Assembly: GCA_011109175.1 (NCBI GenBank)
Contig: RDEW01000006.1
Location: 1,572,133-1,636,132 of the forward strand
Reading direction: 5' to 3'
Source of the DNA: Dicyema japonicum
Lineage: Eukaryota > Animalia > Dicyemida
DNA: 64,000 nt
The position numbers and the translations under genes were made by a program. Positions 40,596 to 53,424 of the stretch are shown here, piece by piece. The notes under the pieces are model-generated. The model made no database searches. It was given only the letters and a program-made list of their open reading frames with translations, and was not told the DNA's origin. Position 1 is the first letter of the stretch, and every line of letters begins with the position of its first letter.

Positions 40596-41173
40596 CACTC
40601 AATCCCATAAATGATGACCCAAATCCCATAATGATGACCCATTCCATAAATGATGTATACTAATATTAGGAAAAAAGTATTTTATTCAATTACAATCTGT
40701 AATCTGTTATTAATTCCATTTACCCTTTCCCAAAAACTGTAATATGAGGACAAATACTCGGTTTCGAGACCACTCATAACAAATCCGATAGTTGTTAGCA
40801 ATTCTCCTCTTACAGTTACTCTTGGTCTAATTACATTTAGGCGAGATTTCACACAATAAAAAAAGTTTTCAATTGGGTTCAAGTCAGTTGAATAAGGGGG
40901 TAAATAAAATGTTGTAACACTTTTGTATACACCTATTCAAACTCTTTTTACTGATCGAAGTGATAAATAGAATTTCGTTCATAAAACCCTTGCGACTTCT
41001 CATATCTGTATTAGTTGATAACAAATCTAAAAAATTAAAATTTTAAAATATAGATTTACTTGTGTATTATTTATATATATAACTTGGACATCATTTATGG
41101 GAATTGGGTCATCATTTATGGGAATTGGGACAACATTTATGGGAATTGGGACAACATTTATGGGAATTGAGTG
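40596..41173 (-). mobile_element. Non-autonomous Tc1/IS630-type element with subterminal ~21-bp tandem repeats
   Basis: TA|CACTCAATCCCATAAATG ... CATTTATGGGAATTGAGTG|TA. Three to four CATTTATGGGAATTGGG units lie near each end. Internal LPPYSTDLNPIENFF remnant. Confidence 0.8.
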
Positions 41174-41489
41174 TATATTCAAAAAAATAATAAAATGTAT
41201 TTCATTTTTTAATTTATATTTGTTTTTAGTGAATCATGATTCAATTACCAATTCTCGTCGCAGGTTCTAATTTATTTTTTATATTAATAAAAATTTGCAT
41301 TTTAAATTACCAAATTTTGTCCTCACATTTTCGTATCCGAAAAAATTTAATTTTTTATTTTCATGTGTGCCGTGAATTGTTTTTTTACGATTAGTGCTCC
41401 GCGAGAATTATTTTCTGAAAACCTCTGATTTATATTGTCGGCCACGTTTATTTCATCACTTGAAAAAAATAAATCCCATTTAGAGAAAA

Positions 41490-41900
41490 TATGATCCAAT
41501 ATTTCAAATTAGGTCAACTGACTACATTTTAATAAAAGATATTGGAAATGGATCATTTGGAAAAGACACAGTGCACTAGCATTAGGTCACTTGTGCAAAG
41601 ACAAAAACCAAAATGAATGTGCAGTGAGACTTCAAAGTCGCCTTCAGTCGACTTGCAAAAAATAATATATGAATTGGAAGTGTTTGAATTAGTCACAAGG
41701 ACAAACAATGTATTTTTCGTCCACTTAAGGTCATTCGATGATGGTTATTTTGATGATGTTTGGATTTTAGTATTTCATGAAAATCGACCTCATTATGAGT
41801 GCACCGACACCTTTTCCCAGTCGAGACTTCCTGGTTCCGCGTTGAAAGTTGTGGAGTTCTTAAATTTAAAGACAAATTACAATATCCGTAATTAATTTCT
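41490..41900 (+). pseudogene. Protein kinase N-lobe remnant
   Basis: DYILIKDIGNGSFGK (Gly loop), then frameshifted HLCKDKNQNECAVR and IYELEVFELV..VWILVFHE. No HRD or DFG found. Confidence 0.4.
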
Positions 41901-42639
41901 TTTCTTAAAAATCCCGCACGTCTACCCATCCAATGGTGGTACATGTCACTCATTCAGTCTTTCACCAGTCATTCGATCACTATTATTTGATTTCTAATCA
42001 AAAATCGTTTCCATAACAAAGAATTTATATAAAAAGTCTATATTTTTGACTTGATTCATGTTGATTATTTTTAATTCTCCTGAGGTGCATTAATCTGTCA
42101 TAACAATATTAAATAAAACTCGATTTTTAACAAAATTTGAATAACTTAGCTTGATTCTTTATATGGATATTCAAATCTACTCAACCTTAGCGATGGATTA
42201 GTCCCCTTTTTAACTCGTTATTCACTAAATGCCTCATTCACAGTTATTCCGAATTAAAAAATCATATTCTGATTGATGGAAATTCATTTTTTGTTCATCC
42301 GCTTAAAATATGTTAAATTTAGATCCGGTGGAATAAATTCAGGTCAAAATGCCGAATTCAAAACAAATTTTTTCGAATGTTTCACAAATATCTAAATTCC
42401 AATAAATTAAAATATATTCCATATTTTATTTTTAATTCCATAAAAATTGCATATTTACTGTAAAAATGACAGTAAATATTTATAGCCATCATTTGAATCA
42501 TCTAACATCTTTATGTTCTGGAATCGTTCATTGGGTCTTTAGGCAATCACATGGTATTCAGAATCGGAAACCTATAAATTATTTAATTTTCTATTTTAAG
42601 TCAAGAGAAAACTACTAAATTGAGCACTCTGACAATTGT

Positions 42640-42870
42640 TTTCAATAATTTTCCGTTTATTGTAAAATAGGAGTGTAAACGTTCTTGTCGCAGTTCATGA
42701 ATTCTCAAATGGTTATTTCGATGGATAAAATCTGCAATAGTTTGCATTTCACACTCGTTGTCCATGCAAACAACTAATCTGTGTTTTCAAATTTTCGAGT
42801 TGAGGTATAAGCGGACATCAATAAGAATAAATTTCATTTATTTTCCTGTCTTTTAAGATATCTGTACATC
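42640..42870 (-). mobile_element. Ginger/KRBA2-like integrase remnant
   Basis: FILIDVRLYL..HRLVVCMDNECEMQTIADFIHRNNH. Confidence 0.45.
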
Positions 42871-43340
42871 CTCGCCATTTAAAATACTCAATTTGGATTG
42901 ATATTCCACGATATTTTGGACAAAGCCTATTATTATCATAAAAGATAAACATTTTAGAGAGCACATGTTAATATTTAAGAATTTTTTCGGCAAAAAATTA
43001 ATTATAAAAATAACTTTATCTCCTACTCTAAAGTCATAAGACATATTAACTGTAAATATCGATTACAGTTTAAAACCAATTTGTAGTCTTTATTGATAGT
43101 ACTCAAATATTTGATATCGATTAAGTCCGCTTGGAATCGTTCATTTGCCTAGAAGCAATCACATGATGTTTTAAGTCAGAAATCTATGAACTATATGAAT
43201 TTTATACTTTAATATGAATGGAAACTTGCATACTCAATAATCTTTTACAACGGTTTCCAATAACATTTTTTTATGGCACAATATGACTGTGAACACTCTT
43301 TGATTAACTGACTATTTCTGTGAAGAACATAAGTTTTTGT

Positions 43341-46300
43341 GGTTCCCATTCAAAATGGCCTCCAATTAAATTTCTCAGGTTTTGGATAAGTTCATCAATA
43401 GACATCACGAGATATTTTACCAAGGTCCTCGACATCTTTAGGTAAAAAAGTCATCTTTTTTAAATCTTACAAAAATTGATTTTAAGGGGTCCTATGGGTA
43501 AGTGGAACAATTTACCAAGGTCCTCGACATCTTTAGGTGAAAAAGTCATCTTTTTTAAATCTTATAATTTGAAGCATTGTGTCATATTCATTTTCACTTT
43601 TTGATGTTAAAAGACAGAATATTATTGGAATTACATGGTGATTAATTATTACCGATATTGTGAATAACTGCTTCCAAGGAAGCTTTATGTTTTCCCGTAT
43701 TAAGCTCTCTTGACAAATTCACTCCTTGGAAGATGATTGCTTCAGACTCCAAACTTCATCACACGATTGAATGGTTTTAACAGATCCAAGACAGGTGCGA
43801 CGTGAGCACATCTAATATGTGCTTTGTCCATTCCTGTATTTTAAATGGTACAGATTTTCATCATGTTCTAAACTTCTATTTCCCTTTCGGTTAACGAGAA
43901 ACGGCATGCAATAGTGAATCAAATGATAAACACCCCACTTTATTTAACAAACAATAAAAAAGTTAATATATTTATTAATCAACAACCTTCCTCGCCTGCC
44001 TGTTCGCCAGCCTCCTCAGGCAGGTTCGATTCTGGTTGCTGAAACAACTCCGAGAGCGCTTTGTCTATTGAACCCTCTGCCCATATGGCATCTCAGGGCT
44101 CTGCCTCCTATACTCCAGTGTCAGGCTCTCTAGGGTCCGCTTTAACACAGTGGACTGTAGATAGGCCTGGAGCTTCCTATCTACCCCCAACTGCTTCAGA
44201 TAACCCTTGTGGTACTTTGTTGCAATTCCTTCCCACGTCATTACTATAGGAATAACGAGGACCTTGCAACCAAGCATCTGCCCCATCTCGTTTGCAAGAA
44301 AGTCATACTTCCTTTTTTTCGCCACCTCCACAGTCTGCAAACGGTCTTGAGACGTGATGCCAACCTCTATGATAAGGACTTGGCCAGACTCCTTATCGTG
44401 TACTACAATGTTACTAGCCCACCATCATCAACACCATACTTAGCAGACAAAAAAGGTCTGATAGTGCCTAGGTGGGTTGCCCGTGTTTTCTCGGTCGTTA
44501 TTATGGCGTGCTTCCTAGCAGACACGCTTGACCCAGCTATCAGGGTGTCGTGCATTCGCATTAGGATGCGCTCACTTAGTTGGACTACTCCACACAGTCC
44601 ACGGCCGAATTTATCACGGGGTAAATATAGTCTCTCCTTATTGGCTGCCAACACATGGACATGGTTCTCTCTGAGTACTCCACGGATCATAACATCCATC
44701 TCATCATACTCTTTGGGCTCAAACTCCACAACACCTATGTAGTAGTTTAGCAGCGAGACAGCATACTCATTTAATGCTAGGAACAAATTCCTTGCATTTA
44801 GAGACGTCTTACACAATAACGCTGCTCTTTTACGGATGCCTTCAGTAATTTGTCGCTTTGTCTCAGGCATTATAAGGGACTTTGGAGATTCGGTAACACC
44901 CAGATACTTATATCCTTCGTGTTCCTCTAGGACTCTTACTAACTCGCTACATACTTGCGTGTTAGTCGCAGACTTTGAATAATTCAAATCTAGCCCTATA
45001 CTCTCAAAGAATTCCCTGGCACAGACCCCCATGGAGTAGAGCTCCTCGGCTGTTCGAGCATACATCTTCAGTCATCGATAAAAAGAAGGTGATTTGTACT
45101 GAAACAGACCCCTTCACAATGAACTGGTATTTGCACAAACCGAACATTGAAGCGGCGACTAAATGACTCCGAACAGAGAACAAAGACCAGTGGGGAAATG
45201 CTATCCCCTAAAGGATCCCCCTCTTGAGTTTTACCTCGCCTTTCCGGTGCCTATTATAGTTCAGATGAATACTCCACCTATTCATCACAGCCACTACAAA
45301 GCTGATGAACCACACAGGCATACACAGACTGTGTAGGCACTCGACAAGGTAAGAATGATCAACTGAATCGTAAGCCTTCTTCACATCCACCCACATAGAC
45401 AAAAGTGAGTTTCCGTGAGACACAGAAAGGCATTTGTTGATCAAAGCCTGCTCTTTTGCCCCCTGACAATTTCGCACAGTTCCCAACTGATTCTCGGAGA
45501 GAATCCCATTTGCGTCTACAAAGCTCCTGACCTCATTAGCCACTAATTTGGTCATCAGCTTATACAGGGTTGGCATGCAGGTTATCGGTCGATAATCTGC
45601 AGCAGACTGGGGGTTGTCCAGCTTTGGGATCAAATAAGTTGTCCCTGTGCATGCCCAATCAGGAATCGTTTCCGGGTTAGTGATGCTTTTCTGTAATACA
45701 CGACACATAGACTCGTGTAATGAAGTGCATCTTTTGATAAAGAAATTATAAACTTTATCGACCCCGGTCGTCTTCCAATCAGGGAGATGTCTCACTACCG
45801 CCTCAAATTTCTTGCGAAAATCGAAAATTCCGCCAAGAAAGGAGCGGCGCTGTACGGGACATTCCACGCATTTCCTCTGCGTGGTTTAGCCTCCCACATA
45901 CTACCCCATGTGGAAAGCATTTCCGCGTCCTGCTGGGAACATACACTATGGCCATTTTCGTGTAGGCGACGGTAAAACAATCTGCGATTAAACTCAAACA
46001 GATTATTTTCTCTCCTTCTCTTACACCGACTTTCATGTGTATAGAGTTTCCTCTTATACACCATTATTGCCCCCTCTAACTCCACCTTTGCCCTCCTCAA
46101 CTCTTTGAGGTCCCATTTGGGAACACGGAGTTTACTAATTAGCCCCTTTACTATAGCCGGTGCTTTTCCTCTAACCCCTCTCGCCACACTACTTATGTGC
46201 CCCTCCAGTGCTTCCAGCTCAGTCTGTCTCCAAGCAATCTTGGCACAGATCTGCTCCCTCCATTTACTGGGTGGTCTGGGCTTGTCCGTCAATTCCTCAT

Positions 46301-47511
46301 AGGTGATCTGTGCTGCATACAGCACTAGGGAGATGTCACCCAATGACCCTACTGGCTTAGCCTCCACCGCATAAGCCACAGCCTTATTGATGCAGGTTAA
46401 CACTCCACCGTTAACCTTACAATGAGGAATCTTGCGGGTAAATCTACGGTCCTCAAGTGGGACATCTGCCGCTGCAGCGAGATTCCGCGCAAAGACCTCA
46501 TAAACATGCTTGAGCTGCAACGTATCACAGCTCTGGTGCTCGTGCTCTCTTTGACAGTTGTGGTCACCTGGTCCCCGCCCCTTTAGACCAGTACCCTCTT
46601 TGCCTACAGCCATCTTCTTGAGTTCACTCACAGATATAGCAGTACTGAATCTGCCACTGCAGAGCTCCGCCAAGTATGGCCATCCATTCCAGGGCATTCG
46701 AGATAGCCTGCTACGTACCTGCAGGACTACCTGCCTCGCCCATTCTTTTGGGTCATCTGCCACAACGCTCTCGGATATGGCAAGAATTACATTCATACCA
46801 TCAGGTAACGCAAGTGACCCTTCTCCTTTTTTCCTTTCAACATTTTTGCCAACTCGAGAGAGTTTTAACGCCACCGAATCGAACGCACGTTGCATGTTTA
46901 TTAGATTTGAATCAAGTGATTAATTAAATTATTCAAAAGTTTTATTATAATAAAAGAAATTAAAGAAATAATAATTCATTAAATTTAGTTTTGATAAATA
47001 TAATTAATTTTTACTTCGAAGTCACTTAGAATCTTAAAATCATAGGGTTCGGAGGACCATGGTAAAATGTTCCACTTGCACATAGGACCCGTTAAAATCA
47101 ATTTTTGTAAGATTAAAAAAGATGACTTTTTTATCTAAAGATGTCGAGGACCTTAGCAAAATGTTCCACTTACCCATTGGACCTGTTAAAATCAATTTTT
47201 ATAAGATTTAAAAAAGATGACTTTTTTACTAAAGATGTCGAGGACCTTGGTAATTGTTCCACTTACCATAGGACCCGTTAAAATCAATTTTTATAAGATT
47301 TAAAAAAGATGACTTTTTTACCTAAAGATGTCGAGGACCTTAGTAAAATCAATTTTTATAAGATTTAAAAAAGATGACCTTTTTACCTAAAGATGTCGTT
47401 TCGCTAATATCTCGTGATGTTTATTGATGAACTTATCCAAAACTTGAAAAAATTAATTGGAGGCCATTTTGAATGGAGGCCGTTTTGAAAGAGGCCATTT
47501 TGAATGGACAC
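43341..47511 (-). mobile_element. Phantom-type Mutator-like (MULE) element with long foldback TIRs
   Basis: Inverted ends (CCATTCAAAATGGCC), 9-bp TSD AGTTTTTGT/GGTTTTTGT, and ~90-bp subterminal tandem units (about 2 left, 4 right). The internal remnant at 43570-43930 has FLYWCH-like (RKGNRSLEHDENLY..CSRRTC) and MULE-like (QLFTISVII..VIPIIFCLLTSK..Y) pieces. Confidence 0.85.
43950..46900 (-). mobile_element. R4/Dong-like REL non-LTR retrotransposon nested in the MULE
   Basis: Long ORFs of 366, 219, 220 and 91 aa, with YRPITCMPTLYK, WVDVKKAYDSV, ERLYLPRDKFGRGL, LIIEVGIT and IPIVMTWEGI. Few disruptions. The zinc knuckle and PD segment are deleted near 44405. Confidence 0.9.
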
Positions 47512-47697
47512 GGTTTTTGTATGCATTCAGATTTGTGTTATGCATTAGGGTTAGAGCATTCATTATTGTCTCGTATTCAAAATATGTTTAACGTAACCAG
47601 GTCAAAGAAGGTCACTAATATTTTTAAGCACATATCCTTGTCCAATAATGAAATTAAAAATATGGGAAAATAATTTAAATATTCTTTATCGTACGAA

Positions 47698-48180
47698 ATG
47701 TGTTAATTTATTGAGGTGGTGACGACGCCTCTATAGCACTATGTCTTATGCGTATTCCTTACCGACTTCTCCGTTCACTCTGAGATCTTTTAATTGCAGA
47801 GGAATTAAACAACCTAACAAGAAACACCAACTGGCATGTGATCTAACAAAATACGACGTCTCTATCTGCTGTCCTCAAGGGAAAAAAACGACCGTACAAT
47901 TTACAGAACTGTTTAGAAAATTTTACCTTTTTACCTTCTCATCGCCCTGCCGACATTATGGTCTCGGATTTGCAGTCCATCGGGACCTGATTTACTGTGT
48001 TACAAGAGTTTGGGCAGCATCTAACATTATAATGGAAATGGCGGACGACCTAGACTACCTAAGAGAACTAGCGCGCAACAGAGGATCATGGTCGAGGCTG
48101 ACGGAGAGGATGATTAGGAATACGGGAAACTTAAATAATTTTATGTTTTCTCGGTTAGAGGGAAACTTAACTAATTATAT
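47698..48180 (+). mobile_element. Bipartite non-autonomous LINE derivative, copy 2
   Basis: The 151-aa ORF fuses the APE N-terminus (SFNCRGI..DLTKYDVSICC..HYGLGFAV) to the family C-terminus (DDLDYLRELARNRGSWSRLT). Confidence 0.8.
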
Positions 48181-48235
48181 GACAGTTGTCAGATAACAAA
48201 TGACAGGTTAAGGTAACATACATGTCCAATACGAG

Positions 48236-48400
48236 TATAAATGATAAAAACCACACTAAACATTACAGCTACAAATGATAAAGACAAAACCAATACAAAT
48301 GATAAAAACCACACTAAGCATTACTGACAGCTACAAATGTTAAAGACATTATAAAAACCAATACAAATGATAAAAACCACACTAAGCATTACAGTCAACT
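48236..48400. repeat. ~60-bp tandem repeat, about 3 units
   Basis: AAATGATAAAAACCACACTAA(A/G)CATTAC recurs three times. Confidence 0.7.
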
Positions 48401-48793
48401 CATAAAAATTATTGCTTGACAGGTGACATAATAATTTTAAAATTTAATAAATTAAATTTTTTTCAGTTGATTTTATTGACATATTTCTTATTTTAAGAAA
48501 ATCTCTAATAACCAGGCCTTCGGCTGGAATTTTTTAAAAACTTATTTGATACAATTCCCTATTTATATTGCATGATTCTTTTTTTTGAATGCAAAAATAA
48601 AGCATTAAACAAAAAATTAATGCGTAACAGTTAAAAATTAGTAATATGAAATCCACATGAACACACTAAATGGCATATGCCAGGTTGCGTCATGAATAGA
48701 ATTGTTATAAACTTGTACTATTTTCTTTACTATTTGAATATATTTTCCGAGTTGTCCGTTTGACTTGATGGTTGCCGACATCATCCTCTATAT

Positions 48794-49064
48794 CAGGGAT
48801 TCCCGACCTTTTTAAAGATCGCACCCCTACATCATTTTTTCATAAACTCACTCACCCAAAGAAGTTTGATAAGTTCCACATGAACACACTAAATATAAAG
48901 CCGGTTAAGATAATCGAAAATACATTTTCACTACTGAACTCCAAAACTCATCCAATGTGCAAATGTGTAATTCTATTTGAAGTGCAAAAAAATAACTATA
49001 AATTTTTTTAAAATCTTGTACCCTCTAAAATTTTCCTCGCACCCCCTGGGGTTGGAAACCCCTG
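48794..49064. mobile_element. hAT (Buster) MITE
   Basis: Ends CAGGGATTCCCGACC / CAGGGGTTTCCAACC (reverse complement). 8-bp TSD CTCTATAT/CTCTATAA. Confidence 0.8.
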
Positions 49065-49104
49065 CTCTATAAAGATGGCTGATTGGAAAAGATTTAAATC
49101 AAAT

Positions 49105-49841
49105 TAGCGTAGAAAATCCAATTCCGCGGTGATTTTTGAGTAATGAAGGCGTCACTCGTCAAGCCACGAGGTATCGGAAACCTATGTAACCTTCAGTCAT
49201 AGCGGCCTTGAGTAAGAGTAGAACATAAAAGTATATGAGCTCTAACTGTCACCTAAATCACTATTCCACCCGACCAGATAGTTGTACTATTAATAAAGCG
49301 AATTCTCTAGTAATTTAATATATTAGTGTAATAGCTGTCATTTAGTAGAGAATCTCTTCAGTGGCAAAGTCGGAGACCAATAGTTTTTGCAAGAAGATAG
49401 AAAATGCCGCTAAACTAACGAAACCACCAAACTTGAGAGTCGCTTGTATTTTTGATTAAAAGCCAGTCCTTTGACGAAAATAAAATTCCACAAAGAATAA
49501 TTAGAGAGAGTAACCACAATCTTGTGGTCTGGCTTTTAATGTTGTTACAAACAGAAATATTTCAATGATTATGAAAATATCGGATGAAACATATTTACCT
49601 GAAATAAATTCAAAATAACTTTAAACATGGGTTTATAGGCACACATGTCAGTGCTTCAAAAACTTGTCTCCCAAACGTAAAAAGGTTGATAATTGCTTCA
49701 ATATCGTTGAAAGAGACGATAAAAAGAAATGATTGCTGTGATTAGAAGGGGGATAACAGGAGTTCGCAGATTAATAGTCACCAAGGAGAACACACGTGGG
49801 AGGTTCCCATATCTCTCAGCAGCAAAAAATGCATGTGAAAG
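49105..49841 (-). pseudogene. Duplicated 3' part of the SLC7 gene plus downstream flank
   Basis: Aligns with 34630-35410. Introns are retained, with an internal deletion and frameshifts. Confidence 0.85.
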
Positions 49842-49855
49842 GGATCGGACATGTA

Positions 49856-51840
49856 TCAGTTAAATAAGGCGGGTGATAAAGGGTAACCTTGTGGGAAACC
49901 ATTGGGTAGTAATCTTGAAACTGACTTGGTCCCATCCATGTATAACCGGGCTCTTCTTCCATTAATGATGTTAGCAAGCCAAAGTTTTATATTGGGGTTG
50001 ACGGGGAGGGCAAACAATTTCCGGGTTAGGATTTTCCTTGAGACAGAGTCGAAGGCCTTTTGTAAATCGATCGAGCAAACGACTGTTTTGAGGTGACGAA
50101 AATTTGTGTTAAAGCCTTCAATGATAAATTGGTTGAGGGAAGTTAGGTAGGTAGAAGTTGAATGACCGTTTCTGAATTCATGTTGTGAGGACAAAAAGAA
50201 AGGTTAAGAATCAATTTTCCAATAATTTTGAGTGCATAGTAAAGAGATTGGTCGAAATGATGCAGGATTGTCCTTAGGCTTCCCAAGCTTAAGGATTGGG
50301 CGTATATAGGACAGTTTCCAGATAGTTGGAATTGTAGTTATGAATAGTTGAAAATCACTGTGATTGAATCAATCGCAATAGGTCCAAGGTGTTTTAGTAA
50401 AAAACCAGGGATAGAATCAGGCCCACATGAGAGGGAAGAATTCATCCTCTTCAAACCATCACTGACATCTGAATGTGAGATAAAGTTAATCGGCTGTGTT
50501 CTCTTCGGTCTTATTGAGGATAAAGAGAGCCCATCCATTTTCCTGAAAGGTTTGTGGCTTATACTGTCGTAATATTTCATGAGCTTGTCTTTTTAAATTT
50601 CCTTTAGTCCAAATTGTTTAATTTCTCTCCATATCGTCTGAGCAGATTTCTGAAATGGAAGGGAAGATACTAGTTGTCCCATTTGTTGGATTCAGCTCTT
50701 CTAATCCTTTTAGATATTTCGTCATTGAGAGTTTTTGTTTGATTTTTCTGTCCGGGAATGGAAGGTACATGTATTTTCACACGATTCCTTTTTTAATTAA
50801 TGATTTGGTGTTCTGATCGAGTATTTCATTGTAGAAGTTAAATGATCCGCGCGAAATGAATGTTTCCGCGCCATGAGAATAGTTTTGTTCAAAAAGTCAA
50901 TAGCTTCATATATTGAGGGAATATCACATGTCAAAGTTTACTAGAGCTTGATCTATGTATTTGAATAGTCATTCCAGTTTGCTTTTTTATAGTTGAAAAA
51001 TGAAACAGTCTCTTTTCTGTGGTAAAGAACTTTTTTGATTCGAATAATGATTGGATTGTGGTCGGAAGATAATCCATAATGCACCGTCCAAGGTGTGTGC
51101 CCGGTGCAAGGTTTGGGGAACAGAAGTAATATCTTGTGGACGTTGATGCTTCGTTTTCCTTGTAGGGAGTCCTAGTGTGCTTCTTGAGGTTGTTGAGGAT
51201 AGTCAGAGAGGTGAGATGGTTTAATAAGGATAATCCTTTTGAATCTCCTCAATGTGACTTTAACCAGGCTGGATGTTTAGCATTAAAGTCTCCACTCAAT
51301 ATCAGGTTTCCGAGCTTGTTTAACTTGGTTAGGTTTAGAGAGAATTTTTTGGGCAAGAAGATGGAAAGGGACGTAGATATTTGTAATGTTGAGAGTCCGA
51401 ATCCACTTGTAATTGATATCCCAGATATTTCAGTGGTCCCATCCTTTATTAGTGATTGTAGTTTCGCTGACATGTCCGTAAATCGAATGTTATCTCTTAT
51501 AATGATGAGGAGACCCCCACCACGACGGTTTGAGCCGTCCAGCCGGATGCAGTGGTATCTTGGAGAATGCAGGGTTGGTGATGATGGAGTAAGTCTGCTT
51601 TCTTGAAGTAAAATCAGGTCAATGTTCGTACTTTAATGAAAGACTGTAGTTCATGAATTTTGCTTTTGATTCCGTTGATGTTTATCTGCAGAATTGAGAG
51701 TGGAAGGCCCTGGATTAAGTTCAATCGTCCGAAGAGTCCTTCTTCGGATGGGAGGTAGTTAATGGTCCTTTTCCGCGGTGCATTAGGTGCACCCTGGGCC
51801 TCCAGAACTTTTTAAACTGGTAGATCACATGACGGCACGT
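49856..51840 (-). mobile_element. Jockey/I-like LINE (5' UTR, APE, RT up to the QG motif)
   Basis: LSGDFNAKHPAW, CGPDSIP, SIDLQKAFDSV, GFPQGYPLSPALFN. Confidence 0.85.
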
Positions 51841-52179
51841 TTTAATCTACTCAAATTAATATATTTTTAATTAACAAAAAAACTTTATTAATATTTAAAA
51901 TTAAAAAATATTTTATTTATGCAAATGGTTTTAAGCTTCAGGTTTATTATTATTAACCCAAGCACACCGTTTCAGGTTTATTATTATTAACCCAAGCACA
52001 CCAATAGTTAATTTAATTACTAAATTAAATTTGAATATAATAGGATTAGGACAATAATCAATTTTCAGCGATTTTTTTGTAAGCAGAAATGAATTATAGT
52101 ATTTTTTCTGTCAATTAGTAGAGTGAACATAATTTTGTTCATATGGGGAGGGATCGTTTATTCTGTTATCTAAGAAAAA

Positions 52180-53340
52180 AGATCTACAATTTACACGTGT
52201 CGAAGTTGCAGATGCTGTGAAGAATGTGTCTTATCTCAGACTAAAGGCTGACTGAGGCGAGGCCTCCAATCACGACAATCACTGTAGAATATCCGTCTGA
52301 TAGATATATAGCTGATCTGGTGGATCTGGTTTATATGAGCACGTGGACATACGATTTATCGTGTAGTGGATATACAAGAACATATGGTGCACATAATGGT
52401 AGTAACTCGCAAACAGTGATAGTCCACTAAAGCAGAATAAAAAGATTGTTTTAAATGACTGTTCATTCTAGAAAGATTTTTTTATCTTTTTGGTTTAATG
52501 TGGATATTAGATTTAGTTGATTAGGCTTGATATTATGTATTGACTATGGTAGATCTCAAATTAAATTATTTCCAATGGTAGATCTTAGATCCTTGAAGAT
52601 CTCCATCTAGTCCTTTAATAAGACAGTTATAATCAAGAATACTATACATCTACAGGGGGATTTCTCTAATATGCGCTCAGTCTCTCAAAAACTTAGAGGC
52701 GGTTATATAAATAGAAGTTGTAGATTGCCAAGGACTGAGGTCACAAGTGAAAAGGAACATGTCAACTTATTTCAAAATGGAGTTAGAATGTTAATCAACA
52801 TCCACGTGGTCTCTTTCACTTCAAGAAGATATACTTGATCAGTAGGAGTACCCTACATCTATAAATCTAAATATCTTTAACGTAGTCCTCACTGGATCGT
52901 CGACGACGAATGACAATCGTGGATTCTTTCACTTCACAACGAACCCGTCAATCCGCTTAGCCAATTTTCACCACGTGTTGAGGTTCGTCTGCTAATTGTC
53001 CACCCCCTACCCATAAATATTCTCTAAAAGGAACCAGAAGACATCTTCCCAAAACGACAGTATCATTCGAGTACTATGGGGAAACTATACGAAATATGCT
53101 AAAGTTATCATAACGGAGGAGAAACTGAACAAACTCAGAGACATAATAAGGAAGACAACGAATCTTTTTCTAAAACAAATCGTATATAACCTCAATACGG
53201 TAAACAAGACTACCGACACGACGGGGAAAAGACACCTCCATGGAAATCTTGCTGGAGTAGTGCAAGGAATGAGTCCGAAAATGATCTACTTAGTGGATCT
53301 CATTCAGACAAGTTTTCCTGAAAAGCAGATTAGCTAGTAG
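52180..53340 (+). pseudogene. Possible decayed BTB-BACK gene
   Basis: TITVEYPSDRYIADLVDLVYM (BTB-like), VVDCQGLRSQVKRNMSTYF and IFNVVL-WIVDDE (BACK-like). Several stops. Confidence 0.3.
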
Positions 53341-53424
53341 TGACGCTTGAGTAAGTCAGGTTATGCTATTTATTTACCCCCAGTCTCTTCATGTGGAGAA
53401 GACTGGTGACTAAGAGAGAATATA

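Noticed and set aside
40596-41173. Regular ~21-bp repeats resembling a CRISPR array
   Set aside because: No unique spacers. They are subterminal repeats inside TA-flanked TIRs of a Tc1-type element in a eukaryote.
44209-44742. 177-aa plus-strand ORF
   Set aside because: Antisense shadow of the GC-rich R4/Dong ORF.
47060-47400. ~90-bp tandem array as satellite or CRISPR
   Set aside because: Mirrored in inverted orientation at 43400-43565, so it is part of the MULE TIR.
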